A stretch of 64,000 bases of DNA from Candidatus Niyogibacteria bacterium (lineage in GTDB: Bacteria; Patescibacteriota; Minisyncoccia; HO2-45-28). The position numbers and the translations under genes are program-made. Below the pieces are notes generated by a model. It was not told where the DNA came from, searched no databases, and saw only the letters and a program-made list of their open reading frames with translations. The DNA is taken from contig JACOYI010000002.1 in the NCBI GenBank assembly GCA_016181935.1, forward strand, positions 63,961-127,960, written 5' to 3'. Positions 9,541 to 18,480 of this stretch are shown in pieces (position 1 is the first letter of the stretch; every line of letters begins with the position of its first letter).

Positions 9541-9834
9541 ATGAAAAAAGCTCTAAAATGGGCGACGATTTTCTTTGTTGCGGCAACGTTTTCGATCTGG
9601 CTTGCCGGATTCGTTGATCCACAGATCAGCGATTTCTACTCGCGTCATATAACAAAATTCGGTTTCCTGTTTAAATTCGAACTCTACGGCACGCGCCGTG
9701 ACGGCCGCGGGAAAGCAAAAGCGCAAAAATCACTACACCGCCGGAAGAACGATCGCCAGCATACGCCCTCTCACGATAGAGAGGGTATTTTTATTGGGCG
9801 ACACCGAAACATCGCACGCGCGCTTGACACATAG
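9541..9834 (+). CDS. Small hypothetical membrane/secreted protein (3' half doubtful)
   Basis: GGAG SD, hydrophobic N-terminus. Confidence 0.4.
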   Translation: MKKALKWATIFFVAATFSIWLAGFVDPQISDFYSRHITKFGFLFKFELYGTRRDGRGKAKAQKSLHRRKNDRQHTPSHDREGIFIGRHRNIARALDT

Positions 9835-9906
9835 CGAGCCAATATGTTATTCAAGCGGTGTCCCTTAAAAACCATTCGGTCCAACCTTCCTAAAAGGAGT
9901 GCAGAC

Positions 9907-10695
9907 GTGCTTACCACCATTCTGGTCATCGCCGGTCTCGCCCTATTCTTGGGCAGTACGTATCGGACCCGATTCATGCGAGTCGTGCGTTCGCATATCG
10001 GCGCCTTGATACGCCGGGCGGAAAATCCGGAGAAAATGATCGAGCATGCGTTGACAGAGATGACCGGCGCCTATCACCAAGCGCGAGAGCAAACGGCGCT
10101 TGCGATCGCCGCACAGAAGAAGATGGCGCGCCAGCTCGAGGAAGAGCAAACCGAAACCCAGCGCTGGATGGAGCGGGCGCGTCTGGCTGTGAACAAAAAT
10201 GATGACGACCTGGCCCGCGAAGCGCTCCGGCGCAAGCAGGAACATGCGACCGTGGCCCTGCAAATCGAGAGCCAACTTGTGCATTACAGCGCCCACGTCG
10301 AAAGCTTGAAGAGCGCGCTGGACGATCTCGAGCGAAAGATCGAGGAAGCGAGGCGGCGGAAAAATCTTCTCGTCGCGAAACAACGGCGAGCCGAGGCGCA
10401 GGATCGGATCTACGCCACCATGAACGGCATCCAGAACGAAGGCGGCCTCGAGCTGATCGAACGGATGGAACAGAAGATCGATGAAATATGCGATGCCGCG
10501 GATGCGCGCATCGATCTGAAATCCGAAAAAGAAAAACTGGAGATCCGATTCCAGCAGCTCGAATCCGTGGATGTCGAAACGGAACTCTCCCTGCTCAAGA
10601 ACCGGCGCGCGATCGAGTACAAGCCGGTGGAATCGCCCGTTCCCGAGCTCGACATGATTCGGGAAAAGTCGCCGCTCGCGGTAAAGCCCGCCTAA
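9907..10695 (+). CDS. pspA: PspA/IM30 family protein with N-terminal TM segment
   Basis: ENPEKMIEHAL, ARLAV...DDLAREAL.RK, long coiled coil; GTG start after AAGGAG. Confidence 0.88.
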   Translation: MLTTILVIAGLALFLGSTYRTRFMRVVRSHIGALIRRAENPEKMIEHALTEMTGAYHQAREQTALAIAAQKKMARQLEEEQTETQRWMERARLAVNKNDDDLAREALRRKQEHATVALQIESQLVHYSAHVESLKSALDDLERKIEEARRRKNLLVAKQRRAEAQDRIYATMNGIQNEGGLELIERMEQKIDEICDAADARIDLKSEKEKLEIRFQQLESVDVETELSLLKNRRAIEYKPVESPVPELDMIREKSPLAVKPA

Positions 10696-10705
10696 GGAGA
10701 CCCTG

Positions 10706-11050
10706 ATGGACCTGCAAAAAGCCCAAGAGATTGTGGATGCGTGCGTCACGCTTCCGTTGTCGGAACTTCCGTATACGGCGGAGGAGATCGAGGCGGCGGT
10801 ACGAACAAACGCAACCAACAGTATCACCCGGAATACGCCGAAGAAAATAGGAGTTTTTGAATCCATGTTGGCACATATAATGCCAAAATTTCCGAAAATA
10901 TTTTTAGTCTGCGGTTTATTGGCCGGTTTCGGAGCTTTTTTGTCGCCAATCTCACCGCTCTTTTTTCTCGCGTTTGCTTTACCATACGTAGGGCTCATGG
11001 TGACAGTCATACTTCTTGGAATCTGTGAGGAAATGCTGCGCTGGTGGTAA
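10706..11050 (+). CDS. Membrane protein with shared N-terminal module and two C-terminal TM helices
   Basis: AAGGAG SD; N-terminus homologous to 8941..9513. Confidence 0.75.
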   Translation: MDLQKAQEIVDACVTLPLSELPYTAEEIEAAVRTNATNSITRNTPKKIGVFESMLAHIMPKFPKIFLVCGLLAGFGAFLSPISPLFFLAFALPYVGLMVTVILLGICEEMLRWW

Positions 11051-11173
11051 AACCAGGTATGAAATAATGCGATCATTCTTAACATAAAAACTGCGCAATG
11101 CCTATTGCGTGGTTTTTTAATTGTTCGGCCTCGAGGACGCCGCGCGGTTGAGGAATGTGCTGGGGACGCTGTA

Positions 11174-11220
11174 AAAAAAGAAAAACCGCCAAGCCGTTTT
11201 TTATTTTTGGCTTGGCGGTA
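11174..11220 (-). terminator. Terminator for a minus-strand transcript
   Basis: accgccaagcc/ggcttggcggt stem with an A run on the + strand left side. Confidence 0.65.
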
Positions 11221-11239
11221 CTGTTGTGTCGCCCGCTTT

Positions 11240-11375
11240 GTTCTTTCCGGAGCTGTGGCGCGCCGCGTGCCCGGAAATATCCCTGTCGCTCATTCCCTAG
11301 ACCGGGAAACGTCTTTGGGAATGCCGGCTGTCTCGCCTTCCGCCAGGTTCCGCCGGAACGAACTCTGACAAGGGC
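11240..11375 (-). ncRNA. Candidate structured non-coding RNA
   Basis: TATACT hexamer at ~11376-11381, ~95-nt imperfect hairpin (cccttgtc..gacaggg; gttcgttcc/ggaatgagc), second hairpin, then a terminator; no credible ORF. Confidence 0.4.
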
Positions 11376-11478
11376 AGTATAGCGCGTATCTGTAAACCCA
11401 AGGGCTTCGGTGATGACCCCAAAAGCGCCTTCAAAAGGCCTTGTGTTTAAATAAAAACTACCCTATAGTACTGGAAAC

Positions 11479-11733
11479 ATGCCGATTACCACTTCAGCCA
11501 AAAAAGCCCTGCGACAGGCGGAGCGCCGCCGCGTCCGAAACCTTAAACGCAAGGATGCGATCGTTTCCGTTGTCCGCAAAATCAAAAAGTTCGTGATAGC
11601 CGGCAAAAAAGAGGAGGCACGCTCACTCCTCCCGCAGGCCTACAAAGCCCTCGACAAGGCGGCCCAGCGCAATGTCATCCACAAAAACGCCGCGGCCCGC
11701 AAAAAATCCCGCCTGACCCAGTTCGTCGGTTGA
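11479..11733 (+). CDS. rpsT: 30S ribosomal protein S20
   Basis: SAKKALRQ...DKAA...IHKNAAARKKSRL. Confidence 0.97.
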   Translation: MPITTSAKKALRQAERRRVRNLKRKDAIVSVVRKIKKFVIAGKKEEARSLLPQAYKALDKAAQRNVIHKNAAARKKSRLTQFVG

Positions 11734-11807
11734 CCCCATTGCTACCTTGACAAATACACCATCCGGTGTATTTTTATTTTGTCAGTGAACCTTGAAAAGG
11801 AGATGCC

Positions 11808-12083
11808 ATGAAATACGCGAACAGAAACCTGACCGCGGATTTCTCGGTCGCGACCGAAAATCCCCGCGTTCGAGAACACGCGGAAAAAATCACCCGCAGT
11901 TTTTTTGATCTGCTTGAGACCATCACGATGCCGCTCAACGGCACCATCGAGATCCTTCTTCTGGAAACGCTTCGTGAAAATCTCACATCAGCGGCCCTCG
12001 AGATGAATTCCATCGTCGAGAAAGAAATGGTCCGAATCGCAAAAGAATCGGCTGAACACGTTCCACCGCCGACGCTCAACTAG
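11808..12083 (+). CDS. Hypothetical protein
   Basis: TTGACA at 11747, AAGGAG SD, terminator at 12085-12110. Confidence 0.7.
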   Translation: MKYANRNLTADFSVATENPRVREHAEKITRSFFDLLETITMPLNGTIEILLLETLRENLTSAALEMNSIVEKEMVRIAKESAEHVPPPTLN

Positions 12084-12108
12084 CGCCCCCTTATGCAAGG
12101 GGGTGTTT

Positions 12109-12987
12109 TTACTGGCGGCCGAGCAAAATTTTTTCAAGGTGGAGCGATAGATCGCTGCCGCTCTCGGCGCGCGCGTCGCGCCATGCGGCGAACAGCGAAT
12201 CGAACAGGAGCTCGACTTTGTCCGCACCGAGAAGCGTTACGCCGCGAAGCGCTTTTCCGATAACAAACGGGTGCAAACCCGTTTTTTCTTTTATTTCGGC
12301 GGGTGATGCGCCGTTGAACGATGCAACCTGAACCAATGTTTTTGCCTGCCACCAGAGTTTCCAAAATAATTCCTGTGCCGAAACTCCGGCGGCCAAATGC
12401 CGGTGATAGACCGCGTATGCGCGCCGCAGATCCCCACTCGAAAGCGCATCCGCCAGTTCGAACGGACTCAGCTCGGCGTCCTTATCCGCAATCGAACCGC
12501 CGAGAGAGCGCGTCTCGAGCGCGCTATCGATCGCCCACGGGTCCCCCAATACCGCGAGCCCCTCGATCTCATTCGCGGAGAGCGCAAGATTCCGTGTAAG
12601 CGCCTCTTTTGCGATCCACCGCTGGAGCGCCGCGCCATCTTCCGGCAATTCAAATTTCCGGAGCGTTGCCGTCTTTTCAAATTTCCTCACCGTCGCCACA
12701 TCCAATTTTTTCTCAAAAAGAATATAAAGATTTTTGGATTCAGCGAGCGTCTCGCGATAGGTAAGAACAGTTTTTTCGAAATCGCCGCCCAGTAATCCGT
12801 CCAAAACGACAACGAGTTTTGTGCCGAACAGGTCGCGCTCGGACGCCAATAAATTCGCGAGCGTTTCTTCGGTCGCGCTGTCCGGCGTCAGGCGGTGCAG
12901 AGCGGCGCCCTCCTTTTTGGCCGCGACAATGGCGCGGAGGTTCCTCCGCGACAGGAAATCGTTCTCGCCATAGAGCACATACAGCAT
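12109..12987 (-). CDS. holA: DNA polymerase III delta subunit
   Basis: MLYVLYGENDFL, LF...K.VV, FEL.DAL, GLHPFVIGK; adjacent to rpsT. Confidence 0.8.
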   Translation of the reverse strand: MLYVLYGENDFLSRRNLRAIVAAKKEGAALHRLTPDSATEETLANLLASERDLFGTKLVVVLDGLLGGDFEKTVLTYRETLAESKNLYILFEKKLDVATVRKFEKTATLRKFELPEDGAALQRWIAKEALTRNLALSANEIEGLAVLGDPWAIDSALETRSLGGSIADKDAELSPFELADALSSGDLRRAYAVYHRHLAAGVSAQELFWKLWWQAKTLVQVASFNGASPAEIKEKTGLHPFVIGKALRGVTLLGADKVELLFDSLFAAWRDARAESGSDLSLHLEKILLGRQ

Positions 12988-12989
12988 AC

Positions 12990-13553
12990 TTAAAAATTCT
13001 CCGTCAGATTTTTTAATGTTTCTGTGTGACCGTCCCGGTCTAAAATTTCCCATGCGCGAATATAGTGCGGATCACGAACTCTTTTCCTTACCTTTTCTAA
13101 CCGCTCCTTATCAAATAATTTTTCCAAAACGGCAACCTGAACAGCATAAACTGGAATATGGGCTTTGGTCATTTGTGGCTCTCCTCGATATCGCGCCATA
13201 AATTTCATCCATCCTTCTTTGATTTGACCCCAATTCTCGGTAAAAATTCGGTGAATCAATTCATGCGTGAGCGTATCAATGTCGCTTTTCAATGTAAGCG
13301 TGACCGGATCAGAAAAGTTAACGCTTCCGGCGATGATATAACAAACAATTTCTTTTTCCTGCCATTGCAGTTTCGTTGCTTCCGCAATTTCCTGAAGAAT
13401 TTCTTCGCCATCCTTCGCCCATCCCCCCTCTATCTCCTGAATTTTTTCGGCGAAAATATCCTCTGGCGGCATTTCAAAACCCTCTTTTTTTATAAGAGCG
13501 CGGTCATAGAGCAGCGATCTTCGAAAAAACAACACGGGTAAATTTTTTTTCAT
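12990..13553 (-). CDS. Hypothetical protein with HExxH motif (zincin-like)
   Basis: FSDPVTL...LTHELIH...HI.VYA; AT-rich. Confidence 0.7.
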   Translation of the reverse strand: MKKNLPVLFFRRSLLYDRALIKKEGFEMPPEDIFAEKIQEIEGGWAKDGEEILQEIAEATKLQWQEKEIVCYIIAGSVNFSDPVTLTLKSDIDTLTHELIHRIFTENWGQIKEGWMKFMARYRGEPQMTKAHIPVYAVQVAVLEKLFDKERLEKVRKRVRDPHYIRAWEILDRDGHTETLKNLTENF

Positions 13554-13562
13554 ATCTACTTA

Positions 13563-15962
13563 TTAGACGATCTTTTTTAATTCCGCCCAGTTCGGGCCCG
13601 CGCTCACCTCCACCGCGAGCGGAATATCGTCTTTGTAAACGCCTTCCATTTCCTGCTTAATGAGCGTCGCCGCCTCTTTTACGGCAGAATCCTCGATCTC
13701 GAACAAGAGTTCGTCGTGGATCTGCAGAACCATCCGCACTTTTTTACCAAGCCCCGCTTTCGCGAGCGCCGGATGCAGTCGTACCATCGCTTTTTTTATC
13801 ATATCCGCCGCACTCCCCTGAATGGGCGCATTGATGGCCATGCGCAGATATTCGTGATGCATGTATTCGGGCATGGTCTGCAATTCCGGAAAATACCGCC
13901 GCCGCCCGAAAAGCGTGGTCGTATATCCGTTTTCGGCCGCCTCGCGCTTCACCTCCTCGATATATTCTTTCACGCGCCCAAAATCGTGGAAATATTTATC
14001 ATAGAATTCGCGCGCCTTTTCCTGCGTCACACCCAAGCTCTCGGCAAGCGCGCGTACGCCCATACCGTACAAAATCCCGAAATTGATGGTCTTGGCGGCA
14101 TAGCGCATATCCTTGGTAACGTTTTTGATATCGACATGGAACATCGCGGCGGCGGTTGCCGTATGAATATCGCGCCCCGCGAGAAACGCCTCTTTCAGAA
14201 TCGGATCATCCGACAAAATCGCGGCGATGCGCAATTCGATCTGCGAATAATCCGCGGCAACGAGTGTCCAACCAATAGGGGCGACAAATGCCTTGCGGAC
14301 CTCGCGACCGAGCTCGGTTCGGATGGGAATATTTTGCAGATTCGGATTCTCGGACGAAAAACGGCCGGTCACGGTCCCCGCCTGATTGAGCGTCGTGTGC
14401 ACCCGTCCTTCCGCATCCGCAAGCGCGGGAAGCGCATCGATATAGGTGGATTTCAGTTTTGCGAGCTCGCGGTATTGCAATATCAGCTCCACAATCGGAT
14501 GCGCGCTCTTCAGTTTTTCAAGCTCTGAGGCATTCGTCGAGAGCGCGCCCTTGCCGGTTTTGCGGATGCCTTTCGCGCTCAACTTCAATTGATTGAACAA
14601 AATATCGGACAATTGCTTGGGCGAATTGATGGTGAATTCCGTCCCTGCGAGTTCCCAGATCTTTTTCTCGAGCTCCGCGATTTTCTTTTCGTAGATTTTC
14701 GACATCCCTCCGAGATAGTCGCGATCGATCATCGTGCCGGCGCGGTGCATCTCATCCAAAATACCGATGAGCGGCAATTCGGTTTTTTCAAAAAATTCCA
14801 GCAGGCCTTCTTTTGCGAGTTCCGCGCGAAAATGCCCGAGCGCCGCCTCCGGTGTACTCGCCCCGGCGATGCGCATCGCTTCGTCCGGCGCGATGCCGAC
14901 GCGCCGCGAATCGAGGAGCCATGCCGCAACGGCAAGCTCCCGCGCAATTTTAGGATCATGCGCTTCCGAAGGCGCGAATAATTCCTGTGTTCCGCTTTCC
15001 GGCCTGCCCGCCGACCCGCGCTCCGCCGTAGGCTCTGGCGAGGCGAGAGCTCCAGCGAAGGAGGGCAAACGTGCGATCAAACTCGTGAATCCAAGCGCGC
15101 GAAAAAGCGGCTCGACAGCGCCGCGCTCGAATTGCTTCCACTCGGCGTCTTTTAGATCGAATTCGACGGGCGCGTCGCGGCGGATGGTGCTAAGTGTTTT
15201 GGAAAATAGTGCATCCTCCGATCTCTCGCGGAGCAATCCCGCCATCCGGTCTTTGATGCCCGCCGCCTTCAGTTTTTCCGGTTTTGTTTTCGCGAGCTTT
15301 ACAATATCCTCCACCGAACCGAATTTTTGAACGAGGATTTCCGCGGTTTTTTCGCCAATGCCCTTCACCCCCGGAATGTTGTCCGACGGGTCGCCGCGCA
15401 ACCCTTTGTAATCCGGCAATAATTCGGGGCCGAATCCGAACCGTTCGCGCACCGCTTTTTCATCATAAATAAAACTTTCGTTCCCCTTTTTGAGCGTCCA
15501 GACGCGCACGCGCGTCGAATCCACCAATTGCAATGCATCGAGGTCGCCCGATGCGATGATGATGGAAAGATTTTTCTCTTTTTTCAGCTTTTCAACGATG
15601 GTGCCGACGATGTCATCCGCCTCGAATCCGGCCTTTTCCAGCAACGGAATATGGAATGTTTCGACGATCTCGCGCGAACGCGCGAATTGTGAAATGAGCG
15701 CGGGTTCGGCCTCCGGCCGCTGGGCTTTGTATTTTTCGTAAGCCGCATGGCGGAACGTGGGCTCCGGAAGATCGTTCGCCGCGACCAAATAGTCGGGTTT
15801 GAATTCCTTCGCGATGCGAAGGATCGTCGTCGTCAATCCGTAGAGCGCGCCGGTCGGCTCGCCCGACGGCGACGTGAACGGCGGCAATGCGTGATACGCG
15901 CGATGTAGGATCGCGTGCAGATCGAGAATGACGAGCGTTTTGTTTTTAGATTTAGAACTCAT
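13563..15962 (-). CDS. polA: DNA polymerase I (5'-3' exonuclease plus polymerase; reduced 3'-5' exonuclease region)
   Basis: EADDIVGT, GDPSDNIPGV, NLQNIP, DYSQIELR, K.INFGILYG, QIHDELLFE. Confidence 0.97.
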   Translation of the reverse strand: MSSKSKNKTLVILDLHAILHRAYHALPPFTSPSGEPTGALYGLTTTILRIAKEFKPDYLVAANDLPEPTFRHAAYEKYKAQRPEAEPALISQFARSREIVETFHIPLLEKAGFEADDIVGTIVEKLKKEKNLSIIIASGDLDALQLVDSTRVRVWTLKKGNESFIYDEKAVRERFGFGPELLPDYKGLRGDPSDNIPGVKGIGEKTAEILVQKFGSVEDIVKLAKTKPEKLKAAGIKDRMAGLLRERSEDALFSKTLSTIRRDAPVEFDLKDAEWKQFERGAVEPLFRALGFTSLIARLPSFAGALASPEPTAERGSAGRPESGTQELFAPSEAHDPKIARELAVAAWLLDSRRVGIAPDEAMRIAGASTPEAALGHFRAELAKEGLLEFFEKTELPLIGILDEMHRAGTMIDRDYLGGMSKIYEKKIAELEKKIWELAGTEFTINSPKQLSDILFNQLKLSAKGIRKTGKGALSTNASELEKLKSAHPIVELILQYRELAKLKSTYIDALPALADAEGRVHTTLNQAGTVTGRFSSENPNLQNIPIRTELGREVRKAFVAPIGWTLVAADYSQIELRIAAILSDDPILKEAFLAGRDIHTATAAAMFHVDIKNVTKDMRYAAKTINFGILYGMGVRALAESLGVTQEKAREFYDKYFHDFGRVKEYIEEVKREAAENGYTTTLFGRRRYFPELQTMPEYMHHEYLRMAINAPIQGSAADMIKKAMVRLHPALAKAGLGKKVRMVLQIHDELLFEIEDSAVKEAATLIKQEMEGVYKDDIPLAVEVSAGPNWAELKKIV

Positions 15963-16086
15963 TTCAAAAATGTTATGAACCGAGCGCGTGCCGTTAAAAA
16001 GGGCTTTCGGAGCGCGACGGCGCGAGAACGAGCCGATTTTTCAGCAGAAGCGGCATGCGGGAGGGTAATTTTTGAAATGAGTTCTA
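15953..16086. mobile_element. MITE-like element with 19-bp perfect terminal inverted repeats
   Basis: tagaactcatttcaaaaat / atttttgaaatgagttcta; core shared with 35023..35177. Confidence 0.75.
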
Positions 16087-16581
16087 GATACCTTCAACAT
16101 GAATCGTGATGTCGCGTTCCGTATCCGAAATAAATTCAAAATGAATATCAAAATGGACCTTGGGCAATAATTTTTCGATGTTTTTCGCCCACTCGACGAG
16201 AATAACTGCGTGGCGGTCCTCTACCCATTCGTTCCAGCCCACGGTTTCGATCTCGCGCGCTCCGCCGGCTGGCGGACCAAGACGATACGCGTCCACATGA
16301 ATGAGTTTGGTGTATCCGCCGCGCGTAAACGCATAATTGCGCGCGATAAGAAAGGTGGGGCTCTGAACCGCATCGCGGATACCGAGTCCTTTCGCGAATC
16401 CCTGCACGAATGTAGTCTTGCCGCCGCCCAAGTCCCCCGAGAGCGCGACAACGAGCGCGTGGTCATGAAAAGAAACAGCCGCGAGGTCCTTGGCGAGAAG
16501 TCCGGCGATCCGCTGGGTTTCGCCGGCGCTTTTCGTTCGGAAACGCACTTGCCTCGCGGACGGGCGGGTGCGGCTGTCCAT
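16084..16581 (-). CDS. tsaE: tRNA threonylcarbamoyladenosine biosynthesis protein TsaE
   Basis: LSGDLGGGKTTF, VQSPTF, HVDAYRL, VEWA. Confidence 0.95.
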   Translation of the reverse strand: MDSRTRPSARQVRFRTKSAGETQRIAGLLAKDLAAVSFHDHALVVALSGDLGGGKTTFVQGFAKGLGIRDAVQSPTFLIARNYAFTRGGYTKLIHVDAYRLGPPAGGAREIETVGWNEWVEDRHAVILVEWAKNIEKLLPKVHFDIHFEFISDTERDITIHVEGI

Positions 16582-16659
16582 AGCGCCATTCTATCGAAAA
16601 ATCAAGCAAAATGAAAGCCCCGGAACGGTTTTACCCGTCCCGGGGTTTTGCTGAAACTA

Positions 16660-17511
16660 TCAGTGAGCGCCGACTCCGGACGCAGGGGCGCCTGCGCGCG
16701 GCACGCCTCCCATTGAGCGCATGTTGTGGTACATGGCCCGGTAAGCGGCCTGCCGGAATGCCGTGTCCGCGTTGTCGATGCACGACCCGCCCTTCGCGAT
16801 ATATCTGTCTTGGTACCAACATGCCCGCGAACCGCGATAGTACCGCTGTTCGCCGGTTCCGGTGGCCACCAGACGCCCGCTGCCGATGAGCTCGACATTC
16901 ACGCGAGCGACATACTCGTCCACATATCCCTTGTTGTTCGGGAGTTCGATCGAGCCGTTCCGAACGTTGGACAAGCAGACGATGGCGATAAGATCCGCCT
17001 TGGGGTCCAATGAGATGCGGGCGCCGTGGTAATCAAACCCCCGCGCGACCGTCATTTTGACGGCCTCTTCTGCGCGGTAGTCCGGCCAATCCGAGCGCAG
17101 ACAGCCGCGCGAATTGTAATCGAACACCACGGTTTTGCCTCCGAGTCCGAGCGTCTGGGCCGCCGAAACCACCCGTTTCTTGGCCGCTGGCGGCTCCGAA
17201 GCCACGCTGGGCCGCTCGAAGAACTTCGCGAGCTCATCGTACAGAACGATGGGCTCGTGCGCGTTTTCCGGCCGATACGGCCGATTTTCCTGCGGCCACG
17301 GCTCGCCGTTGACGCTGACGTTGACTTCCACATTGACCGGCGGGTTCTGCGGTGGCTGTGACGGCTGCTGCGGAGCGCAGCCCGCGAACAGCAGGATAGC
17401 GATCATTCCGAGAATCCCCAGAAGCCGGATCGCGATCAGTTGCGGCGCCGCCTTTTCGATGAGCTCGCAAAACTTCACAGAACCCAACTGCCTCAAAAGA
17501 CGTTGGTGCAT
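16660..17511 (-). CDS. Hypothetical lipoprotein-like protein
   Basis: TTGACT-17-TATAAT promoter, AAGGAGG SD, FAGC lipobox-like motif, Pro/Gln linker. Confidence 0.72.
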   Translation of the reverse strand: MHQRLLRQLGSVKFCELIEKAAPQLIAIRLLGILGMIAILLFAGCAPQQPSQPPQNPPVNVEVNVSVNGEPWPQENRPYRPENAHEPIVLYDELAKFFERPSVASEPPAAKKRVVSAAQTLGLGGKTVVFDYNSRGCLRSDWPDYRAEEAVKMTVARGFDYHGARISLDPKADLIAIVCLSNVRNGSIELPNNKGYVDEYVARVNVELIGSGRLVATGTGEQRYYRGSRACWYQDRYIAKGGSCIDNADTAFRQAAYRAMYHNMRSMGGVPRAGAPASGVGAH

Positions 17512-17674
17512 TTCACACCTCCTTGATGTATTCACTTCTCGCTTTCAGGGTTCAGAATCTGCGAGTATTATATATCAAAACGATGAAAAAGTCAAGCTAA
17601 GCACGGTCTGAAGATCTTGACAAATCCGACGATCTAAAGTAAAAAAGGCTATCGCTCATTAAAAATCGGAGGCA

Positions 17675-18385
17675 TTGATGCTTTCAAATCAGGAGGCGTT
17701 TCCGCGCTCATCGTCGGCACATGTGGACGGCTGGACATTGACCGCATATTTCAGTGGCGTTTTTCCAGAATTTGTTCTTTGCCGCGCCCAAGCCGGAGAT
17801 CCGGCGGGATCCATCGTCCTTAAGGGCCCAAATAAGATCGCTATCGAAGTCACTAAAATGACGGATTCGCTCGGCACCGAGAAACCCAAGTCGCCGCTCA
17901 ATCTCGCGAAATGGGAGAAGCTTGCGAGGATTCTTCACAATGAGGTGATCAATCACGCAAATATCAAATTGAATCTATACGGGCTTTTCTGGCTGACACA
18001 CCAAGTCCTCAAACCCTACCTTCTTTCGTATAAACAAGGTTTTCAGGATCCCCCGCTAAAACCGATGATCGAAAAACAAGAGGCGTTTCCTATTGTTCAC
18101 AACGCAGAAAGCGACGGATATCGTGTCACGGTTCATTGTTCCGGCGTTTTTCCAGAATTTCGATTTGCTCTGGCATACCCCGGCAACCCCAAAGGTTGGG
18201 TTGAACTCAGGGGACCGGGCGTGAGGGTTGCCGCCAAAAAGTGGTGGCGCGACCTCGATTTACGCAAAGCAGACGAAATCATGTCGCTTCTTGCGAACGA
18301 GCTTCTCAATAAATACAATCGGCAACCGGACATGTCGGCGCTCGTCCCACTGGTTCACACCGCCTTGAAGCCGTATCGACTCTAA
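17675..18385 (+). CDS. Hypothetical protein made of two tandem homologous domains
   Basis: QEAFP...DG...SGVFPEF...G.P.G...L.GP...LKPY occurs twice; promoter, SD and terminator present. Confidence 0.78.
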   Translation: MMLSNQEAFPRSSSAHVDGWTLTAYFSGVFPEFVLCRAQAGDPAGSIVLKGPNKIAIEVTKMTDSLGTEKPKSPLNLAKWEKLARILHNEVINHANIKLNLYGLFWLTHQVLKPYLLSYKQGFQDPPLKPMIEKQEAFPIVHNAESDGYRVTVHCSGVFPEFRFALAYPGNPKGWVELRGPGVRVAAKKWWRDLDLRKADEIMSLLANELLNKYNRQPDMSALVPLVHTALKPYRL

Positions 18386-18480
18386 AAGGCACGCTCTGCG
18401 TGCTTTTTTTATTTTGACCACAATATTTTCCTTTGGTCACCATTGAATGTGGATAAGAAAATTGCTAGGAATGAGTCACT

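Noticed and set aside
9943-11085. 380-aa minus-strand ORF, and similar long antisense ORFs such as 28593..29642, 52272..53405 and 56300..57166
   Set aside because: Shadows of well-supported genes on the other strand in GC-rich, codon-biased DNA; no recognisable motifs
11125-11400. RNase P RNA or tmRNA
   Set aside because: GAGGAATGT only loosely resembles the P4 GAGGAAAGTCC motif, the 3' partner is missing, and there are no tRNA-like tmRNA ends; kept only as an unassigned RNA candidate
11752-11773. Inverted repeat in the promoter spacer as an operator
   Set aside because: Equally explained as the rpsT terminator (hairpin plus T run); cannot be distinguished from sequence alone
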